A stretch of DNA of 64,000 nt from contig JBGAIQ010000009.1 in NCBI GenBank assembly GCA_044225365.1, positions 96,462-160,461 of the forward strand. The letters run 5' to 3'. Position 1 is the stretch's first letter. Each line of letters opens with the position of its first letter. The DNA is from Planctomycetota bacterium. GTDB taxonomy: Bacteria > Planctomycetota > B15-G4 > JADJEK01. The notes below the pieces were generated by a model. That model saw nothing but the letters and a program-made list of their open reading frames with translations, made no database searches and was not told the DNA's origin. Positions 58,982 to 64,000 of the stretch are shown here, in pieces. The position numbers and the translations under genes are program-made.

Positions 58982-60271
58982 GTGGGAAACGCAAGAATTC
59001 CGCATGACGGCGCGGCTCCAACCGCCGATGGCCAACCGCCGATCGCTCCTTATGATGCTCTCCCCCTAACGGAGCCCCGCGTGGACGATCTGCTGCGCTA
59101 TCGCGCCGAATTCCCCATCCTCGAGAAGTGCACCCATTTGATCTCGCATTCGCTCGGCGCGATGCCACGCGGCGTGTTCGATCGCATGCGCGACTACGCC
59201 GAGCTGTGGAACACCCGCGGGATCCGCGCCTGGGAAGAAGGCTGGTGGGACATGCCGCTCGCGGTCGGCGACCTGCTCGCGCCGATCCTCGGCCTCGGAT
59301 CCGACAAGGGTTCGATCGTGATGCATCAGAACGTCTCGGTCGCGATGTCCCTCATCCTCTCGTGCTTCGACATCGGCAAGCCACGGAACAAGATCGTCTA
59401 CTCCGACATGAATTTCCCGTCCGTGATGTACGTGAACGAAGCGCACAAGCGCCTCGGCGCGGAGATCCAGATGGTGAAGTCGGACGACGGCATCGGCGTC
59501 GACCTCGAGAAGCTGCTCGCCGCGATCGACGAACGCACATTGCTCGTGCCGATCTCCCACGTGCTGTTCCGTTCGGCGTTCATCCAGGACGCCGCAGCGA
59601 TCACGAAGCGCGCCCACGAAGTCGGCGCGATGGTCGTGCTCGACTGTTATCAATCGGCCGGCTGCGTCCCGATCGAGCTGAAGAAATGGAACGTCGACTT
59701 CGCCGTCGGCGGCAGCGTGAAGTGGCTCTGCGGCGGGCCGGGCGCGGGCTACCTCTACGTCCGCGAGGATCTGCGCGCGAAGCTCGAGCCGAAGATGACG
59801 GGCTGGGCCGCGCACGAGTCGCCGTTCGCGTTCGAGATCGGGCCGATCCACTACGCCTCGAGCATGCGCAGGTTCCTCCATGGCTCCCCCGCCATCCCGG
59901 CGCTCTACGCCGCGAAGACCGGCTACGAGATCGTCGGCAAGATCGGGATCGAGAAGATCCGTGCCAACTCGATGCGCCAGACCGCGCGCATGATCGCCAA
60001 GGCCGAAGACCTCGGGTTCACGGTGAAGTCCCCGAAGGATCCCGCACGCCGCGGCGGCGCGATCGTCGTCGACGTCCCGCACGGCAAGGCCGTCTGCCGC
60101 GAACTGAATCGCCGCGAGATCCTTTGTGACTACCGTCCGGGCGCTGGGATCCGCATGTCCGCGCACTTCTACAACACCGACGAAGAGATCGACCGCGCGA
60201 TCGCGGAGTGCCGCGCCATCCTCGAGTCGAAGGCTTACGAGAAGTTCCTGGACGCGAAAACCACCTATTGA
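58982..60271 (+). CDS. kynureninase-like PLP-dependent (class V aminotransferase fold) enzyme
   Basis: Motifs are HSLGAMP, FAVGGSVKWLCGGPGAGYLYV (Lys-containing PLP region), MTGWAAHESPFAF and RRGGAIVVD. The start is uncertain: GTG 58982, or a GTG near 59081. Confidence 0.65.
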   Translation: MGNARIPHDGAAPTADGQPPIAPYDALPLTEPRVDDLLRYRAEFPILEKCTHLISHSLGAMPRGVFDRMRDYAELWNTRGIRAWEEGWWDMPLAVGDLLAPILGLGSDKGSIVMHQNVSVAMSLILSCFDIGKPRNKIVYSDMNFPSVMYVNEAHKRLGAEIQMVKSDDGIGVDLEKLLAAIDERTLLVPISHVLFRSAFIQDAAAITKRAHEVGAMVVLDCYQSAGCVPIELKKWNVDFAVGGSVKWLCGGPGAGYLYVREDLRAKLEPKMTGWAAHESPFAFEIGPIHYASSMRRFLHGSPAIPALYAAKTGYEIVGKIGIEKIRANSMRQTARMIAKAEDLGFTVKSPKDPARRGGAIVVDVPHGKAVCRELNRREILCDYRPGAGIRMSAHFYNTDEEIDRAIAECRAILESKAYEKFLDAKTTY

Positions 60272-60281
60272 CCGCTCTGTC

Positions 60282-60336
60282 GGACCGCCGGGCTCTGCCC
60301 GGCATCTCGTGAAGGAACGGCGGGCGGATGCCGGCG
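60282..60336 (+). repeat. second copy of the 24-nt GC-rich repeat, with a truncated partner arm
   Basis: 60282-60305 (GGACCGCCGGGCTCTGCCCGGCAT) is identical to the reverse complement of 54967-54990. It starts 10 nt after the kynureninase-like stop. Only ATGCCGG of the expected partner arm remains (from 60328). After that the sequence becomes the leader of the Rpn-like repeat. Confidence 0.7.
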
Positions 60337-60389
60337 TTTCGATCGAGGCAGATCTTCCGTCACCACCTCGCGCGAAACGCGTCTCGACC

Positions 60390-61309
60390 ATGGAGAGAAC
60401 CATGGCGAGCGACGCGACGACCGACCACGATTTCGACGGCTTCTGGAAGGAACTCCTCGATGAGTTCCTGCCGGAGTTCCTCGCGTTCTTCGTGCCGGAT
60501 CTGCTTGGCGTGATCGACCTCTCACAGCCGATCGTCTCGCTCGAGAAGGAACTCCATGAACTGTTCCCCGAGGACCGCTCGGGCCGTGGGTTCGTCGACA
60601 AGCTGTTCAAGGTTGGATTACGCGATGGCGGGTCCGCCCGACTCCTCCTGCACATCGATGCACAAGGCGATCCCGAGGCGAGTTTCCCCGAGCGCATGTT
60701 TCGCTATCGCTATCGCCTGATCGACAAGTACCACCTGCCGATCTACTCCATCGCCGTCCTCGCCGATCGTGATCCGAACTGTTCCGGTTTCGGACGATCA
60801 AGCTGCTCGACTTCGCGGACCGCGTCGCCGAGCTCGAACGCAGCGAGAATCCCGTCGCGCTCTTGGCTCTCGCTCACCTGCGAACGCAGGCGACCCGCCC
60901 CGACCGTCGGCGGTTAGAATGGAAGAAGACGCTCCTTCGACTCGTGGTCGAGCGCGGCTTCCCGCGCCAGCGCATGATCCGAATGCTGCGGCTCGTCGAC
61001 TGGCTGATGACCCTGCCGCCCGACTTGAAACTGGAGTTCCGAAACGCCGTGAAAGAGATCGCCGAGGAGAAGACGATGCCGATCCTGATGGACATTGAGA
61101 TCGAGGCCATGGCCAGGGGTGCTCTGGGCGCGAAGCGGCACGACATCCGGCAGGTCCTTCGTGCACGGTTCGGCGAGTTGCCGCAGCGGATCGATCTCGC
61201 GCTCGAGGCGTGTGTCGAAGTCTCCGTGCTCGATCGCCTCGTCGTCGCCGCGGCCCTCGCGAAGGATCTCGCGGACTTCGAGCGCCAACTCGCGATCAGT
61301 TCGATGTGA
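60390..61309 (+). pseudogene. Rpn/DUF4351-type PD-(D/E)xK nuclease / putative transposase, copy 1 (frameshifted by internal deletion)
   Basis: The N-terminal frame reads (MERT)MASDATTDHDFDGFWKELLDEFLPEFLAFFVPDLL...LLLHIDAQGD...YSIAVLADRDPN. Relative to copy 2 a 46-nt segment is missing after 60781, which shifts the frame. The C-terminal DUF4351-like part (60863-61309, ...MPILMDIEIEAMARGALG...) is intact in another frame. Confidence 0.7.
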
Positions 61310-61664
61310 GGCTTCGCCCGAAATTGCAATCAGGGTGACCTGGATGAGAGTCCACGATTGCCCCCGTTGGGAATACGGGCTTGAAGATTGCGCCGATCAC
61401 CCGCGATCCGCGATCCATGAGGCGGCTTCGTGATGGGACACGGGCGGCCGGCGCGCACGCTCGCGGAAACGTCGCCTCCCGAATTCTCGATCCACCTCCA
61501 CGATCGACGCCACACGCCTGCAATTGCGGCAATCGACCGTAGGTGCACGATCATCGGTGATCGGCGCGGTGTGCGGCTTGCACCCTCCGACACGCGCCCT
61601 TTCATTTCTCGATGCCTCTCCTTCACCGCTGCGCCTTTTCTGCGTCACGTCCCTGGAGAAAACC

Positions 61665-62650
61665 ATGGCGAGCGACGCGACGACCGACCACGACTTCGAC
61701 GGCTTCTGGAAGGAACTGCTCGATGAGTTCCTGCCGGAGTTCCTCGCGTTCTTCGTGCCGGATCTGCTCGAACTCATCGATCTCTCGCAGCCAATCGAGT
61801 CGCTCGACAAAGAGCTTCATGAGTTGTTCCCCGAGGACCGCTCGGGCCGTGGGTTCGTGGACAAGCTCTTCAAGGTTGGACTACGCGATGGAGGGTCCGC
61901 ACGACTCCTTCTGCACATCGACGCGCAAGGCGATCCCGAGGCGAGTTTTCCCGAGCGCATGTTTCGCTATCGCTATCGCCTGATCGACAAGTACCACCTG
62001 CCGATCTACTCCATCGCCGTCCTCGCCGATCGCGATCCGAACTGGCGTCCCGATCGTTTCGAGCTGCGCTTCCACGACGATCTCGTTCTCTTCCGGTTTC
62101 GGACGATCAAGCTGCTCGACTTCGCGGACCGCGTCGCCGAGCTCGAACGCAGCGAGAATCCCGTCGCGCTCTTGGCTCTCGCTCACCTGCGAACGCAGGC
62201 GACCCGCCCCGACCGTCGGCGGTTAGAATGGAAGACGGCCTGTTCGTCTCGCAGGGTCGAGCGCGGCTTCCCGCGGCAACGCACGATCCGAATGCTGCGG
62301 CCTGCCGACTGGCTGATGACCCGCCGCCTGACCTGAAACTGGAGTTCCGAAACGCCGGGAAGAGCTCGCTGAGGAGAAGACGATGCCGACCCCGCGACAC
62401 GAGATCGAGGCCATGCCGCAAGGGCGAGGCCAAGGGCAATTGCTTGGCGAGGCCAGGGGTGCTTTGGGCGCGAAGCGGCACGACGATCCGGCAGGTCCTT
62501 CAGGCACGGTTCGGTGAGCGCCGTAGTGATCGATCTCGGTACCGGACTCGTGTGTCGAATCTCGGTGCTCGATCGCCTCGTCGTCGCCGCAGCCCTCGCG
62601 AAGGATCTCGCGGACTTCTGGAGCGCCAACTGTTGATCACCTCGATGTGA
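61665..62650 (+). pseudogene. Rpn/DUF4351-type PD-(D/E)xK nuclease / putative transposase, copy 2 (C-terminal part decayed)
   Basis: The N-terminal two-thirds is intact through ...RPDRRRLEWK. After that there are indels, a premature stop at 62334-62336 and an insertion of about 36 nt relative to copy 1. It shares the terminal sequence GATGTGAGGCTTCGCCC with copy 1. Confidence 0.7.
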
Positions 62651-62836
62651 GGCTTCGCCCATTACGATGTGGCGAGCGCGCGCGCTCTTTGCTTCCAGCT
62701 TCCTGTTTCTACTTTCCATCACCCACGCTTCGATAGACTTCCGCGTCTTCATCGACGGGGTCGAACCGATGCCGGACTCGAATCGCGCAGAGACATTGTT
62801 CCTCGGTTGGCTGAACTGCGTCGACGCCAGTATTGC

Positions 62837-64000
62837 ATGGACATCGAACATGTCGCCGCGCGAATCCCGGAATGCGCCGAAGAACTGCGCCGACTGCACG
62901 CCAACTGGGTTCTCAACAAGGTCCTCGAGCAGCGGCTCGGCGTGCGCAACATCTCGTCGTTCTCCGATAGGTTGCGCGAAGTTCGGCTCCGGCGCCGACC
63001 CGGGCGTTGCGGCTCGACGACGACGCCACGACGACGGAAAGCGCGCTCCGCTTCGAGCGACGACTCCAGCTCGCCGAACTCCGCTCGCGCGGCCCCTCGT
63101 CTGGGCGCTACCGCCCTCGAGGGCGAAATCGCGCAAGGCGGCATGGGCATCCGTGACGCACGTGTTCGACAAGGACCTGCGCCACAACCTCGCCGATGAA
63201 GGTGATGCTCCACGAACACGAGGCGAAGCAGGGCAGGCTCTCGCTTCCTCGAAGAAGCGCAGGTCACGGCCAGCTCGATGCCCGGCATCGTTCCGGTGCA
63301 CGAACTCGGCATCGACGAGCACGGCAAGGTCGTCTTCACGATGAAACTGGTGAAGGGGAAGAACTCGCCGACGTGTTCGAGATGACGGTGACCGGTGAAG
63401 AAGGTTGAACGTCACCGGCGCGCTGGATGTGCTCCAGCGGGTCGCAGGCGATGGCCTCGCACGAGAAAAAGGTGATCCACCGCGACATCAAGCCCGCGAA
63501 CATCATGGTCGGCCGGCACGGCGAGTGTACGTCATGGATTGGAAACCGTCGCGAGTCCTCGAAGAAGGACTTGAAGGACGTGCGCCTACGGACCGCGCAA
63601 TCGATCGTCGACACCGAGCGCCGCGAGAAAGGCCGGCGATGCGCCGGACTCGCCGCTGCTCACGTGGACGGCGACGCGGTCGGCACGCCGTCCTACATGC
63701 CGCTCGAGCAGGCCGAAGGCGATCTCGATTCGATCGGGCCGCAGTCGGACGTGTATGCGGTCGTGCGATGCTCTACCACCTGCTCGCGGGCATTCCGCCC
63801 TACGTCGAGCCGGGGACGTCGCCGAGCGGCGCGGATCCTCGATCGAGTGAAGCGAGCGCCGCCCGCCGCGATCCGCTCGCTGGCGAAGTCCGCGCCCATC
63901 GAGCTGATCATGATCTGCAGGAAGGCAATGGGCAGGAAAGCCGGAGAGCCTACGCCTCGATGGTCGATCTCGGCGACGACCTGCGTGCCTACCTCGAGCG
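62837..64000 (+). pseudogene. Ser/Thr protein kinase pseudogene (multiple frameshifts; runs off the right edge)
   Basis: Kinase motifs are scattered over different frames: LEGEIAQGGMG (about 63115), MKVMLH, PVHELGIDEHGKVVFTMKLVKG, VIHRDIKPANIMVG (HRDIKPAN at 63478-63501), VYVMDW, GTPSYMPLEQAEG (from 63682) and LYHLLAGIPPYVEPG. The 5' limit is uncertain. The confident part is 63100-64000. Confidence 0.7.

Larger units (their letters stand above)
60336..62660 (+). repeat. tandem direct duplication (period about 1263 nt) of the Rpn-like unit
   Basis: The MASD start codons are at 60402 and 61665. About 65 nt of leader is also similar. 60782-60926 is identical to 62091-62235 (145 nt, checked by eye), while the flanks carry many substitutions. 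Confidence 0.8.

Noticed and set aside
62183-63415. 410-aa minus-strand ORF across the right-end patch
   Set aside because: It is antisense to the decayed Rpn-like copy 2 and the kinase relic, and it is Arg/Ser/Ala-rich with no motif.

Overview
High-GC (roughly two-thirds G+C by hand count) bacterial chromosomal segment, densely coding, with most genes on the minus strand. I found no rRNA, tRNA or CRISPR array. Housekeeping genes: cysS, rbfA, a DUF503 gene, infB, nusA, thiS, thiG, eno and sodC. The gene content (many secreted TPR, beta-propeller and HEAT proteins, kinase-TPR giants, a MoxR/VWA cluster) resembles Planctomycetota or a similar lineage, but that is a guess without a database search. 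Three accessory regions stand out. (1) Left end: two tandem Sec-signal RHS/YD-repeat genes. The first has a low-GC HExxH C-terminal tip and no adjacent immunity ORF. (2) Centre, about 24.5-47.6 kb: a co-directional, translationally coupled minus-strand supercluster. It has a MoxR / DUF58 / BatA-N+VWA / VWA core with an embedded ClC-CBS channel. A seven-gene secreted or membrane module follows: a giant TPR+PQQ-like propeller, two QW-repeat alpha/alpha-toroid paralogues, a TM protein, a giant coiled coil, a Lys/Gln-rich protein and a CxxC-less thioredoxin-fold protein. This module is my best candidate for an undescribed envelope system. (3) Right end, 60.3-64 kb: a decaying patch with two tandem Rpn/DUF4351-type nuclease-transposase pseudogenes carrying complementary lesions, a frameshifted Ser/Thr kinase pseudogene, and a 24-nt GC-rich hairpin repeat also found after sodC. 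Smaller observations: a thiS-thiG-LarE-like operon, an orphan intrinsic terminator in the rimP-less nusA leader, and several long antisense ORFs rejected as high-GC artefacts. All family calls rest on motifs read by eye. No searches were run.
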